A stretch of 64,000 nt of DNA from Bythopirellula sp. (GTDB taxonomy: Bacteria; Planctomycetota; Planctomycetia; Pirellulales; Lacipirellulaceae). A model generated the notes under the pieces. The model saw nothing but the letters and a program-made list of their open reading frames with translations. It did not search any database and had not been told where the DNA came from. Below, in pieces: positions 1 through 10,835 of this stretch; the first letter of the stretch is position 1; each line of letters begins with the position of its first letter. The translations under genes and the position numbers were made by a program. The DNA is taken from positions 1,024,001-1,088,000 of the forward strand of contig OZ244170.1 of assembly GCA_965216565.1 (NCBI GenBank), in the 5' to 3' direction.

Positions 1-896
1 ACAAGCATCCCGACGAACTGCTTGTCGGACATATCAATCTCTTGGTGAAACGGGCCGTTGAGCGCGGCATCGATCTTTACAATGCCCTGCAGGCTGCCTG
101 CATCAATCCCATCGAACACTACCAACTCGAAGTGGGCCAGCTACGCGTGGGCGACCCGGCCGATTTCATTGAAGTCGATTCGCTCGAGTCCTTCAGCGTC
201 ACTCGAACTTGGATCGATGGAGAATTAATGGCAGAGAATGGTAAGACAACGATTGCCCGCGTCGAGCCACCCGTTGCCAACCAGTTTGTCGCTCAAACCG
301 TGACTCCCGAAATGCTTGCCGTGGCTGAAGAAGCTGGGCAGCTGCAGGTTATCGAAGCGCTTGATGGACAACTGATTACAAACCGATTAGCTGTGCAGCC
401 CGCGATCGCAGACGCTCAAGTTGTCTGCGATGTTGAAAGCGACGTGCTCAAGATGGTCGTTGTGAATCGATACCAAGAAGCCCCGCCCGCAGTCGCTTTT
501 GTAAAGAACTTTGGCCTCAAACGGGGAGCGATGGCTTCGAGCGTGGCGCACGATTCGCACAATGTGATTGCCGTGGGTGCGAATGACAAAGACTTGGCTG
601 CGGCAATCAACGCCGTGATGGAAGCCGGCGGGGGTTTAAGTGCCGTGTGTGAGGCAGAGGAAGTAAATCACGTGCTCCCGCTACCTGTGGCAGGCCTCAT
701 GGCTACCGGCACGTGCGAGGAAGTTGGTGCTGCCTACGAACAACTCGACCAGGCAGTGAAAGACTGGGGCTCGCAGCTTCGTGCCCCTTATATGACCCTT
801 TCCTTCATGGCGCTGCTCGTGATTCCAGAACTCAAGCTCAGCGACCTTGGTTTGTTTGACGGCGGGAAGTTTGAGTTCACACCACTCTTGGGCTAG
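1..896 (+). CDS. ade: Adenine deaminase, C-terminal part (5' end outside window)
   Basis: Motifs ASSVAHDSHNVIAVG, LPLPVAGLM and MTLSFMALLVIPELKLSDLGLFD match the adenine deaminase C-terminal domain; frame is open to the window edge. Confidence 0.93.
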   Translation, partial: KHPDELLVGHINLLVKRAVERGIDLYNALQAACINPIEHYQLEVGQLRVGDPADFIEVDSLESFSVTRTWIDGELMAENGKTTIARVEPPVANQFVAQTVTPEMLAVAEEAGQLQVIEALDGQLITNRLAVQPAIADAQVVCDVESDVLKMVVVNRYQEAPPAVAFVKNFGLKRGAMASSVAHDSHNVIAVGANDKDLAAAINAVMEAGGGLSAVCEAEEVNHVLPLPVAGLMATGTCEEVGAAYEQLDQAVKDWGSQLRAPYMTLSFMALLVIPELKLSDLGLFDGGKFEFTPLLG

Positions 897-926
897 CCGA
901 AGCTACCGACGCTTGCGAGGTATTCG

Positions 927-1364
927 ATGGATGAATTTCTAGCTGCCGCTATAGATGAAGCGAAACAGGGACTAGCCGAGGGAGGCATTCCCATTGGCTC
1001 CGTGCTGGTGATCGATAATCAAATCGTGGGAAGGGGGCACAATCGTCGGGTTCAAAAGGGAAGTGCCATTCTGCACGCCGAGATGGACTGCCTGGAAAAC
1101 GCGGGTCGGCTGACCGCGGCCGACTATCGCCGCTCGGTGCTGTACTCCACACTGTCGCCCTGCGACATGTGCAGCGGTACCGTGCTGCTTTATGAAATTC
1201 CCCGAATAGTGATCGGCGAGAATCAAACGTTCCAAGGGCCAGAAGACTATGTCCGCTCGCGAGGTGTCGAGCTGGAGATCGTCGACAACGAAGAGTGCGT
1301 CAACCTCATGAAAGCTTTCATCGCCGACCATCCCCAGTTGTGGAACGAAGACATTGGCGTCTAA
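927..1364 (+). CDS. Zn-dependent nucleoside/cytosine deaminase (fungal FCY1-like)
   Basis: HAE and PCDMC zinc motifs; C-terminal WNEDIG typical of the small cytosine deaminases. Confidence 0.9.
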   Translation: MDEFLAAAIDEAKQGLAEGGIPIGSVLVIDNQIVGRGHNRRVQKGSAILHAEMDCLENAGRLTAADYRRSVLYSTLSPCDMCSGTVLLYEIPRIVIGENQTFQGPEDYVRSRGVELEIVDNEECVNLMKAFIADHPQLWNEDIGV

Positions 1365-1437
1365 ACGACATTGCAAATTTGCCATCGGAACTATTCAATT
1401 TACAATTTGCATTATCCAATAACCTATTTGCAATCCA

Positions 1438-2478
1438 ATGTTTTTCACGCCTAGAATTCGCCTCAAGCCCCTAGCCCAGCTCTGCCATCGCTTGGCGATT
1501 GCAACCAATGCGGGACTAGAAGATCGTAAGATCTGGCGAGACGAAGCCGAGCGAGGTTCTCGCGCCCAGCAGCAGGCGGCCGAGATCATTCGCGATGAAA
1601 TAGCCGCCGGTAATTCGCTCACCGAAGCGATCAGCAAGACGGGCAAGTTTTATCCACCGCTGTTCCGCAGCATGATTGGAGTAGGCGAGAATAGTGGTCA
1701 GCTGGGACGCACCTACAAACGCGTTGCCCAACATTACGATAAGACACTCGCTGCCCGTCGTGCCTTTATGGGCCGACTCTCTTGGCCCTTGTTGCAGCTT
1801 TGCCTCGCGCTCTTCGTGATTGGTCTGCTGATCTGGATTATGGGACTACTACCCGCCAACACGGGGCCCAACGGTCCGCAGGCGGATATTCTTGGACTTG
1901 GTTTGATCGGCACTCCCGGGCTCGTGGTCTATCTCAATGTCGTGATCCTGATTGCGATTGGGTTGATTCTGGTGATCGAAGCCGTCCGGCGCGGTGCGCT
2001 TTGGACCCGTTCGTTCCAGCGGATGATCGTGAACGTACCCATGATTGGCGGAGCGATTAAAACATTGGCCCTGGCTCGTTTCACCTGGGCTTTGCAACTG
2101 GTGCTCGACACTTCTATGGACTTGCGCCGCGCTTTGCCGTTGGCGCTCGATGCCAGTGGCAATGAATATTTTGCGCAACACGGTCCAGCGGTAGCCCGTC
2201 GCATTCAACAAGGCAGCGACCTGCATTCCGCACTCGTGCTAACCGAGGCTTTCCCGGTGGAGTTGCTCGACCAGATTGCCGTGGGTGAAGAAAGCGGCCG
2301 ACTCGTAGAAACCATGAAGCATCAGGCCGAGGAATATCAAGAACGAGCTGGGCTAGCGATCTCCATTCTGGCTCAATTCGCCGGCTACGCCGTCTGGGCC
2401 ATGGTCGCGGCGTTTATCATTGTGATCATCTTTCGGCTGTTCTCATTCTACGTCGAACAAATCAACAGCTTGCTCTAG
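1438..2478 (+). CDS. Type II secretion system F / PilC family inner-membrane protein
   Basis: Two T2SSF repeats (MIGVGENSGQL; IAVGEESGRL), each followed by transmembrane helices. Confidence 0.88.
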   Translation: MFFTPRIRLKPLAQLCHRLAIATNAGLEDRKIWRDEAERGSRAQQQAAEIIRDEIAAGNSLTEAISKTGKFYPPLFRSMIGVGENSGQLGRTYKRVAQHYDKTLAARRAFMGRLSWPLLQLCLALFVIGLLIWIMGLLPANTGPNGPQADILGLGLIGTPGLVVYLNVVILIAIGLILVIEAVRRGALWTRSFQRMIVNVPMIGGAIKTLALARFTWALQLVLDTSMDLRRALPLALDASGNEYFAQHGPAVARRIQQGSDLHSALVLTEAFPVELLDQIAVGEESGRLVETMKHQAEEYQERAGLAISILAQFAGYAVWAMVAAFIIVIIFRLFSFYVEQINSLL

Positions 2479-2508
2479 CAACTAGAATTTGAACCAGTGT
2501 TCAAAGAA

Positions 2509-2587
2509 TGAGCCGAACGCGCTAGCGTCGGGTAGCACCGGAACAACACTATGATCCACAGAGCCCGCGGCTAGCGCCGTCGGCTCA
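2509..2587. repeat. REP-like inverted repeat pair (family A)
   Basis: tgagccgaacgcgctagcgtcggg ... cccgcggctagcgccgtcggctca; shares cgcgctagcgtcgggtagcac with 57294-57372. Confidence 0.8.
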
Positions 2588-2671
2588 CACACATCTGAAA
2601 CAGCTCGTTTTACGCTTAGTAAGGTCGTGGTTTATTCCTCTGCGGCTCCGCGCCTCTGCGAGAAACAAACC

Positions 2672-3466
2672 CTACGGCAAACTCTCCAGATGTTCCAGCA
2701 AAGCCAACTCCGGTTTCGCCATACGATTGCCCAGTTGCGTGCCCAAGAGTGCGCCCGCTCCACCCTGACGCAGATCGGCCAGGTAGTCGATCAAGACATT
2801 GGATAACTCGTGCTCTGACTCCAGCAGCATGTGAACCCAGGCCCAAGCTTCCGCATAGTCCTCCTGAGTCATTCCCGCTGCCGCATCGATTTGCTCGAGA
2901 CGCGCCAAGCTGGGCGACCACTCCTCAGTAATCTGCTTTTGGCTAAGCAGGCGGACGTGAGCCCGATTCATGCCACCGCGAGCTTTGCCAACTTCAAAAT
3001 ACTCAGCCAATCCCTCATCTAACCAGAGCGGTAAATTGGGGATCGCAGCGTGCAGGTAACCGTGCGAAACTTCATGTCGCAAGTCGTCGGCTACGTGTTC
3101 GCCCCAGTGGGCATATACGGAAAGCTGATCGCCGTGAACAACAAATATGGCCCGACGATTTGCAAACTCAGGAAACTTGCGTTCCATCTCCGCGTAGTAA
3201 GCCGCATCGTCGGCAAACAGATACACATGAATCGGTACCTCAGTGGCCGAGAGCCGCAGCGTATTGGTGAGCCATTCGCGCTGAGCGGTTAGCTCCTCAA
3301 TCAAACGGTGCTCTTCGTCCAACGAAAAATCGCTGTGCAAAACAAGTTGGTCACGCGCAATGCGATGCTCAAACGGAGTAACCGGCGCAGGCAGCCGCAG
3401 ACTGTGACAACCGATTGTCACCGCCGCTAGAGCCAAGCCAATGATTCGTACGCTGCGTTGCAACAT
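2672..3466 (-). CDS. DUF1570-type putative zinc metallopeptidase (probable lipoprotein)
   Basis: HEVSH motif plus PLWLDEGLAEYFE; signal peptide ending TIGC after the ATG at 3466 (ORF track starts at 3574). Confidence 0.78.
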   Translation of the reverse strand: MLQRSVRIIGLALAAVTIGCHSLRLPAPVTPFEHRIARDQLVLHSDFSLDEEHRLIEELTAQREWLTNTLRLSATEVPIHVYLFADDAAYYAEMERKFPEFANRRAIFVVHGDQLSVYAHWGEHVADDLRHEVSHGYLHAAIPNLPLWLDEGLAEYFEVGKARGGMNRAHVRLLSQKQITEEWSPSLARLEQIDAAAGMTQEDYAEAWAWVHMLLESEHELSNVLIDYLADLRQGGAGALLGTQLGNRMAKPELALLEHLESLP

Positions 3467-3705
3467 TTGCTTTTCGCATCGGTGCGTGACAGTCGAGGGT
3501 TGAAGGAGCCCCGAGAACGTTGGAGAATTGTAACGAGCTGTCAAATAGGCATGAAGGTCAGTTAAACAGCCCAATTCTCGGCTAGAAAAACTCTCCCCGG
3601 GGTGTGGCTGGGGATGGTACGATATCTAGGGCAGATTCCTGCCGGTGGCAGCACTTGGGACGCGCAAACTCGTCCTGCCAATCCAGCACCAGAGAAGAGA
3701 CAACT

Positions 3706-5912
3706 ATGATTAAACTGTTTGGAACGAGCAGAGTCTTCAACGCGACTTTGCTGTTGGCTCTCACGGGGCTGGTTGGCCAAAGTGTCGCTGAGGAAGCAGG
3801 GTTTCCCGGCTGGCAAGGGCTACGGGTGATCGAGCAAAAGGGCCGCCCCTATCGAATTTGCCAGGGAAATATCGATGGTCATCCGGGCGACGAGCTGATT
3901 GTCGTCAATTATCGGTCCTCGCGGCTGGACATCTATAGTTGGCTACCACCGCAGGAACGCGAGAAGTCGAGCGAAGCCGGGAGTTCCGCAGAAACTCAGC
4001 CCAACGAATTGCCGATGGCTCGGGAAATTCGTCAGCGGGAACTTCAGCTGGAACGCGTGCCTCGCGATGTGCTGCTCCACGATTTGGACGATGATGGCAC
4101 GGCAGAGCTGATCATCCTGGTTTCGCCTCCCAATCAGCTTTTGGTCTATCGCCATAATGCTGACGGCGAATGGGTTGAGAGGAGCAAATACGACTTGCTC
4201 GATGCCGATGTCTCCTCAAAGCGAAAGGCACTACTGGCTCGGGAATTAGAATCGGGGCATCTCGAAGTGCTTGTTAGTTGCGATGAGGGCATCCAAACGA
4301 TTGAGATCCAGCCAGGCGCTCGCGCCGAGTGGCTTACACCCCGTGAGAAGCAGTCTCGCAAGAATTGGTGGATGGCCGACTTGGATGGCGATGGTCACGA
4401 AGACTTAGTCGAACACACTAGCGATTCCGATGCACCGCTACGCTGGTTTCGAGGCGGCGATGGAGATCGACTCGCCCCGGCCGCGACACTTATTGACCGC
4501 TCGGTCAGCGATGCCGAAGTATTCAGCACAGCTGACGATGCAGAAATCGCATTGCTAGACGGTTCGGTGCGACAACTTATGCGTCGCTATCGGCTGGAAC
4601 ATGGGGATCCTAGCGATTTCGGTTTGCAACGCCCCTTAGCGATGGACGATGCCAGTAAGACAGCTTGGTGTGGCATGTGGCAAGGCGATCAACGGGCTTT
4701 GGTAGTTGCCGATCGGAAACGCCCACAGTTGCTGTGCTACTCGCTTGACGAAAATGGTTGGTCGGAGCAGAAGTCTTACCCGGCTGTCTCGGGAATTCAA
4801 AAACTGGCATCGCCTGCCGCCCAGGCTGGGACGCTACTTATCTGGGCCAAAGAGGCTTCGGATCTATTGGTGAGTGAGTGGAAAGAGGGTCGTCTCACGT
4901 ATCCGCTGCCTGACGTGCGTTCTGGAGAATCGGAAGACCGAAAGATCCTCGCGCTCGAAACGGTCGGTACCACCACTTGGTGGGCACAAAAGTGGGTAAG
5001 CATTTAGACTTTTATCACTGGCCGAAAGAGGCCGCGGAACCTGAAGTGAAACGATTCGAGAATGTTGGTTCTAAATCAAACGAAGTGCTCTGGATTGGTG
5101 GCGAGCGTTTGTTGGTGAAGGACACGCATTCTCGCGGCCTGAAACTGGTCTCGCTCGAAGAGGGAAAGACCAAGATTAGTACACCCACGCATCTCAAAAA
5201 AGCCAATCTGAGTGAGTATGACTTGGTTGAAGTGGGCGACGAGATGCGGCTTGCCCGATTGGTGAATGGCGTCTTGCAATGGATCGGTGACGATTTGCTC
5301 TCGCACGATCAGGTGATGTTGCCGCAAGGGCAGGAATTGGCCGACTACGTTGCCGACGGTACTGATGGCGGGTGGGCGCTGGAGCTTGAAAATCCCTATG
5401 TCCACCGAATCAAGATCGAGCCTTCCGGCCTCAGCGTGGCAGAAGAACGGTTGAAGGTTGCGAATGGAAAGCGGTTGATCCGCGATGATGTGTTGGGTTT
5501 GCTTCTCGTCGGACACGATCGGCTGACGCAGCTTAGTGCTGGGCGACCCTTGGAATTGAAATTGATCGAAGCAATTGACCAACGAGTTGCGCAAACGGGT
5601 GGCGTAAAGAAAACTCGCTTTCATCGGCTCGGAGCTACCGATCTCGATGGCGACGGATACGAAGAGCTCATGCTATTCGACGATCTCGAGCATCGTATCA
5701 CCGCACTCTCAGAGAAAAATGAGCTCCTGAAGCCGGTCATCTCGTGGCCGGTGTTCGACGACAAGGTCTATCCCTATGGGGATGAGTACGAGAGCTTGGT
5801 GCAGGAACCGCGGGCTGCTATTTCGCTCGATATAGACGGCGACGGGCATCGCGATTTGGCGATGCTCTCACAAGATCGACTGATTATTTACCTGGCAAGA
5901 GACGAACCATGA
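3706..5912 (+). pseudogene. Secreted FG-GAP/VCBS-repeat protein split by a 1-nt frameshift near 4990
   Basis: Signal peptide; DLDGDG-type repeats in both ORFs (3604-5007, 4977-5912); adding one A to gcacaaaagtg gives continuous WWAQKVGKHLDFY. Confidence 0.75.
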
Positions 5913-7057
5913 TTCAATCAACACAACGAAAGCCAGTTTCAAATGTCCCTCTCCCCTGCAGGGGTACTCCAGAAGTCCCCCTCCCTCACAGGGAGCGGCT
6001 AGGGGAGGGTTATATTGCTCGCAAGCAAGGCACTTCGATTGCCCTTCCCGCAAAGCCAAGTACCGGCAGGCAAATACTGCTTGTAGCGGCTGCGTTGATT
6101 CTCTCACTCGGAATCCACAAGCAAGCTCATGCCGACGATAAGGTGGTCACTGTAAAACTTGCCGGTGGTGCGCAACTCACGGCTACGCTTCTACAGAAGA
6201 CCGACGAACGTGTCGTGCTCGATTTGGGGCATGAGATAGTAACGGTCGACGCCAAACGCGTGCTTTCCATCGAGGGGCCCGGGAACGAGCCAGAGATCCA
6301 AACACGCAGAAGCGATTTCTACACCTTGGGCCGACTAGAGGAAGCTCCTGTGCCAGCCTTAGTCAAGCGTTTTGGCGACGCGGTGGTGACCGTTAATACA
6401 CCGTTAGGACTGGGGAGTGGCTTCGTCATTAGCAAACGAGGTCATGTCATCACCAATTATCACGTTGTCGAGGACAGCCTGAAAGTGAAAGTTACTGTTT
6501 TCAGGCGTGGCGAAAACGCGTATGAAAAACGTCAACTCAAAAAAGTTAAGATCTTGGCCCTCAATCCGCTTCGCGATCTGGCATTGCTAAAACTCGACGA
6601 AGAAGAAATGGCCGAGCAAGAGATCAAGCCGGTTGTGATCGCCGAGAAACCGAGCGTGCGTGTGGGCGATTTGGTGTTTGCCATTGGCAATCCCCTGGGG
6701 CTGGAGCGTTCGGTCACGCAGGGGATTGTGAGCTCCACGACCCGCACGATGGGACATCTGCGGTTCATCCAGACCGATGCCTCCATTAACCCCGGCAATA
6801 GCGGCGGTCCGCTGTTTAATTCCCGCGGTGAGGTCGTCGGAGTCGTCTGTGCCGGTTATAGTTTCTTCGATGGGTTGGCGTTTGGGATCCCGGCTTCAGA
6901 CCTGGTGCAGTTTCTCAAGCATCGGGATGCCTATTTGTTTGATCCCACCCAACCCCAAAATGGCGTTAAGTATTTCGAGCCGCCCTTTCGCAAGGACGAC
7001 GATTCCCAAAACCAATCTGAACAGGCAGTGGCCGTGAAGCCAGCGGTTAAGGAGTAA
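5909..7057 (+). CDS. S1C (HtrA/DegP-like) serine protease without PDZ domain
   Basis: TNYHVV, DLALL and TDASINPGNSGGPL catalytic motifs; ATGA overlap with the upstream stop. Confidence 0.9.
   Translation: MIQSTQRKPVSNVPLPCRGTPEVPLPHRERLGEGYIARKQGTSIALPAKPSTGRQILLVAAALILSLGIHKQAHADDKVVTVKLAGGAQLTATLLQKTDERVVLDLGHEIVTVDAKRVLSIEGPGNEPEIQTRRSDFYTLGRLEEAPVPALVKRFGDAVVTVNTPLGLGSGFVISKRGHVITNYHVVEDSLKVKVTVFRRGENAYEKRQLKKVKILALNPLRDLALLKLDEEEMAEQEIKPVVIAEKPSVRVGDLVFAIGNPLGLERSVTQGIVSSTTRTMGHLRFIQTDASINPGNSGGPLFNSRGEVVGVVCAGYSFFDGLAFGIPASDLVQFLKHRDAYLFDPTQPQNGVKYFEPPFRKDDDSQNQSEQAVAVKPAVKE
5947..6010. repeat. REP-like palindromes (family B) inside the protease coding start
   Basis: ccctctcccctgcagggg and ccccctccctcacagggagcggctaggggagggt; related to intergenic copies at 12620-12642 and 56172-56212. 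Confidence 0.6.
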
Positions 7058-7059
7058 CC

Positions 7060-9102
7060 ATGAGAGCGATCTTGGATCGTGTTCGTCAATTTTTCTTCTT
7101 GAATTCGTTCATTCTTTTGCACTGTGTACTGGCAGCCTCCTGCTTCGGCCAAAGCGTTGGGGCACTGCTAGGTGGCGAAGCTGTTCGCAACGAAATGGCT
7201 TCCGGTGTGGACACCTGGGATTGCCTGCCCGAGGAAACGGCGTTTGCTATGCGCATTCCGAATGGCAAGGCGTTCGCCAGGCAATTTATCGAAAACACAA
7301 AGCTCGGCAGCGTGATACTCAGCGAGAAGCGGAAGGAACTCATTTCGCAGGGACTTGCCAAGCATGGATCGGAAAATATAGACAGCTTTGAATTGGATTT
7401 AAAGAAATTTGGTCTGACATGGGACGATTTGTTGCAACTGTTCGCTGGCGAAACCGGTTATGCAGTAGTTGTGGTCGAAGGCGATCGCGGGCAGTCGGTA
7501 CCCCTGGGCTTGGCGTGGATGGAGCCTGGCCAGGAACTAGCCGACAAGAGTCTCGAAGCACTCGCCCAAGCCATTGATTCCGAAGACGACTCAGAGCATC
7601 CGCCCACCCGAATCGATGTAGAGCTTGCCGGTACGGAAGTCATGCAGCTGACACTTCCGGATATTTCAGTCGAGTATTCCGACGAGTTCGAGTACCCGGA
7701 AAACTACGAAGACTTGCCCCAGGATGAAAAGGAGCAGGCTTGGGAAGAGGCCTACGAGAAATGGGAAAACAGCGCCACCGAAAAAGTGAACTACGGCACA
7801 GCACTAATCGCAACCTATCAAGGCCGGTTACTCATTGGCCATAGTTTTGCTCAGTCGGAGAGCGAAGACACGCATCCAGATGGCGAGCGTTTGGCGGGGC
7901 TCTTTACCCGGTTGTTGGAATCGCACGAGGAGAACTCCTCGGCTGGAGGTTTTGTTGAGAAGTATGCCGATAGCGAAGAGGTAGCCCGAGTCATGGGCAT
8001 CGAGGGCACTGCATGTCTCGAATTGGTTGGCGAGGCGCAGGCACTTATGCAATTGGCCAAACAGAGTGCCGCTGATGAAGGATTTGCCGCTCGAATTGAC
8101 CGTGTGTTTGGGTTCGAATCGCTGGGGCAATTTGCCATCAAGAGTGCATTGGATGGCAATCTATGGGAAACGCAGGCGACCATCTCTATCTCCGAGCCCC
8201 GCGAAGGTGTGATGCAATTGGTCGACCAAGAGGCAGTTGATTTGGATCCACCCGCTTGGGTGCCTGCCAGTGCGGTCAGCTACAGCCAGATTAGTTTCGA
8301 TCTGGGAGCCGCTTACGCCTTGGTAAAAGATGTAGTTACCGCAGAATTCCCTCAGCAATCGCAATACTTCGGGTTGGTTGAGATGCAGTTGTTTGGTTTT
8401 GCCCAAGCAAGCTTAGAAGACGTGCTCAGCTCGCTTGGCACACGGCACGCATTGGCGACGTTTGCCGTGCAAGTCGAAGAATCAGACGACGCGATGCCAC
8501 AGAAACCCGAGGTCATTGCTCTCGTATGGCAATTGGCCGACGAGCAGATATGGAAGAATATCTTCAAAGCCGCTTCGCCCTGGGTCAAGAATCTGCCGGG
8601 CGGTGAGGTAAGCGACGAACAAGGCTACAACGGTTTTCGCTTTTCGAACAACAACTCCAAAGCTGGAGTGTTCCTGGGAAATGGTACTTTAGTGCTGGTC
8701 GTGGGTCCCGGCATGATCGAGGCGGTTCTTTCGGCTGTGAACGATCCGCCGGAAGGATCCGATGCGTATCGTGAAAGCGAAGTCTTCCAAAAGGGCGCCG
8801 GACTGTTACCGTCCGAATCAGGAATCGGGTTCTCGATTACCGATGGCAACGAGTATGCCGTGGTGCTACGCGACTGGATGGCGAGCATGATCGAGAATAT
8901 AGAAACCATGCGCGAAGCCATGTATGCCGCCGACGAACCGGAGGAAGACGAAGAACTCTGGGCGCTGGACCTCATGAAAAAGCTGATGCCCAATGATGAC
9001 GAAATCGAAAACATCATGGGCGTCTCAGCCACTAGCTACGAAGTCAACGACGCGGGCATGCAGTTGTTCTCAATCCAAGAATTGCCCCCGCCTGGGGAGT
9101 GA
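7060..9102 (+). CDS. Hypothetical secreted acidic protein
   Basis: 680-aa ORF with signal peptide and RBS (aaggag); in operon with the protease; no family recognised with confidence. Confidence 0.7.
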   Translation: MRAILDRVRQFFFLNSFILLHCVLAASCFGQSVGALLGGEAVRNEMASGVDTWDCLPEETAFAMRIPNGKAFARQFIENTKLGSVILSEKRKELISQGLAKHGSENIDSFELDLKKFGLTWDDLLQLFAGETGYAVVVVEGDRGQSVPLGLAWMEPGQELADKSLEALAQAIDSEDDSEHPPTRIDVELAGTEVMQLTLPDISVEYSDEFEYPENYEDLPQDEKEQAWEEAYEKWENSATEKVNYGTALIATYQGRLLIGHSFAQSESEDTHPDGERLAGLFTRLLESHEENSSAGGFVEKYADSEEVARVMGIEGTACLELVGEAQALMQLAKQSAADEGFAARIDRVFGFESLGQFAIKSALDGNLWETQATISISEPREGVMQLVDQEAVDLDPPAWVPASAVSYSQISFDLGAAYALVKDVVTAEFPQQSQYFGLVEMQLFGFAQASLEDVLSSLGTRHALATFAVQVEESDDAMPQKPEVIALVWQLADEQIWKNIFKAASPWVKNLPGGEVSDEQGYNGFRFSNNNSKAGVFLGNGTLVLVVGPGMIEAVLSAVNDPPEGSDAYRESEVFQKGAGLLPSESGIGFSITDGNEYAVVLRDWMASMIENIETMREAMYAADEPEEDEELWALDLMKKLMPNDDEIENIMGVSATSYEVNDAGMQLFSIQELPPPGE

Positions 9103-9110
9103 GCATTAAC

Positions 9111-9590
9111 GTAGGGTGCGATGAAGCGAAGCGCAATCGCACCGATACTCTTACCGGAATAGCCACAAGAAACACGAAGAGGATAAGCGAGGATAGTCAT
9201 GTTTGTAGCCATCGTCGCCAGACGGTGGATTCGCATGCAATTTCCACGCTCTGGTGAGCGTGGCTACGGGCACAGATTCTAGTTGGACCGTATGATGGTG
9301 CGATTGCGCGGGTGGCACTGACACTTGTCCGGCGTGAGGCAAGCCACCTCATGGACTTATTCGGACACGTGTCAGTGAGCGTAGCTCAAGAGGTCATGAA
9401 GCCCGCGGTGTTTGCCTCTTGTGTTTCACACACCGACAATCGTTCGAATTAGCGAACGAGATTGCCAACGTTGCTCCGAACGACTGTCGCTGCCACCCGA
9501 AAATCAGAACGCTACCCGGAAATAGTGCGATTGCGCTTCGCTCCATCGCACCCTACCGTCTTTTGTGCCCCTTTGTGCTTTTTGTGGCCA
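9111..9590. repeat. Composite REP/REPIN cluster between convergent genes
   Basis: GTAG-type REP at 9111-9143 and an inverted copy at 9525-9556 (31/32 identical); inner inverted repeat 9316-9377; short gccaca..a / tgtggc units. Confidence 0.82.
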
Positions 9591-9600
9591 TTAATATCCA

Positions 9601-10800
9601 CTACGCAGGCTCACCCTTGCCCGCAATCACATCATCCAACTCTGCCCTCAGTCGTGGCAAAATTTCTTCATAGCCGAACTGCCCGAGAGCGGTGCTGCCG
9701 CGTTTGAGATTCACATAAGTGGGGCCGCACCAGAGACCAAGGTCTGCGTCGTCCGTTTCGCCGGGGCCATTTACTCGACAGCCCATCACGGCAATCGTGA
9801 CCGCGTGGTCGGCGGCGTAGCGGGTCATTTCTTTCACCTGCTCGGCAAGCTCGATGAAAGCCTCGTTCTCCACCCGCGAACAACTGGGGCAACTGATGAT
9901 GTTGAGCGTATCGAGACCGAAATCGACCACCGAGCGGACACGACCATGGCGGATGTCGTCGAGAATCTGTCGGCCCGCTTCGATCTCCTCCGGCTTGCGA
10001 GGATTGGAGACGGTCAGCGAGACGCGAATCGTATCGCCGATGCCGCGGCTGATGAGTTGCTCAAACGCAATGCGCGTTTTGATAATGCCGTCCGGCGGCA
10101 AGCCTGCTTCGGTCACGCCCAGGTGAAGTGGCACGTCGGAACGCTGCTCGGCAAATCGCTGATTCACCTCAATCACCTTCTGCGGGTCGGAATCCTTGAG
10201 CGAGACGCAATACCGCGTGAACCCTAGCCCATCGAGCACCTCGCAATGCTCCCAAGCGCTGGCCAACATGGGGCCAATGGAATCGTCTTCGGCAAACTGC
10301 GCTTTCTTGTCGGGATCGACGCTACCGCAATTGACCCCGACTCGCATCGCACAATCATGCTCAGCAGCGATGCCCGCCAGATACTGTACCTTTTCCTGCC
10401 AGGGCTTTTCGCGTTCGTGATGGTAGAGATGTCCAGGGTTGTAACGGAGCTTGTCGACAAACGGGGCGACGACTTCTGCCAGACGATAGTTTTCCTGCAG
10501 ATCGACGGCCAGATTGGCTAAGGTTTGCTCTCGGATGAATCGCAGGGCTTCGGCATCTTTGGTGCTATCGACAGCCACGCGGACCACATCAGCCCCAGCA
10601 TCGTGCAAAGCCTGGATTTGCTCGACGGTGGCTTCGACATCCTGCGTCGACGTGGCAGTCATGCTCTGGATAGCAATCGGATGATCCTGGCCGATCGTCA
10701 CCGAACCTATCTTCACCGATCGTGTGGGATTGCGAATAATTTCCATCTGTTCTGTTTCTAATGCCATCTCACTAAGTGTAACCGAACTTTTGACGTTCAA
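9601..10800 (-). CDS. ispG: (E)-4-hydroxy-3-methylbut-2-enyl-diphosphate synthase
   Basis: [40 protein letters not shown] and [11 protein letters not shown] motifs; true start probably MEIIRNP. Confidence 0.95.
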   Translation of the reverse strand: MNVKSSVTLSEMALETEQMEIIRNPTRSVKIGSVTIGQDHPIAIQSMTATSTQDVEATVEQIQALHDAGADVVRVAVDSTKDAEALRFIREQTLANLAVDLQENYRLAEVVAPFVDKLRYNPGHLYHHEREKPWQEKVQYLAGIAAEHDCAMRVGVNCGSVDPDKKAQFAEDDSIGPMLASAWEHCEVLDGLGFTRYCVSLKDSDPQKVIEVNQRFAEQRSDVPLHLGVTEAGLPPDGIIKTRIAFEQLISRGIGDTIRVSLTVSNPRKPEEIEAGRQILDDIRHGRVRSVVDFGLDTLNIISCPSCSRVENEAFIELAEQVKEMTRYAADHAVTIAVMGCRVNGPGETDDADLGLWCGPTYVNLKRGSTALGQFGYEEILPRLRAELDDVIAGKGEPA

Positions 10801-10835
10801 TCCACGTATTGGGTTTCAAAAAAAGGCGACTCGGC

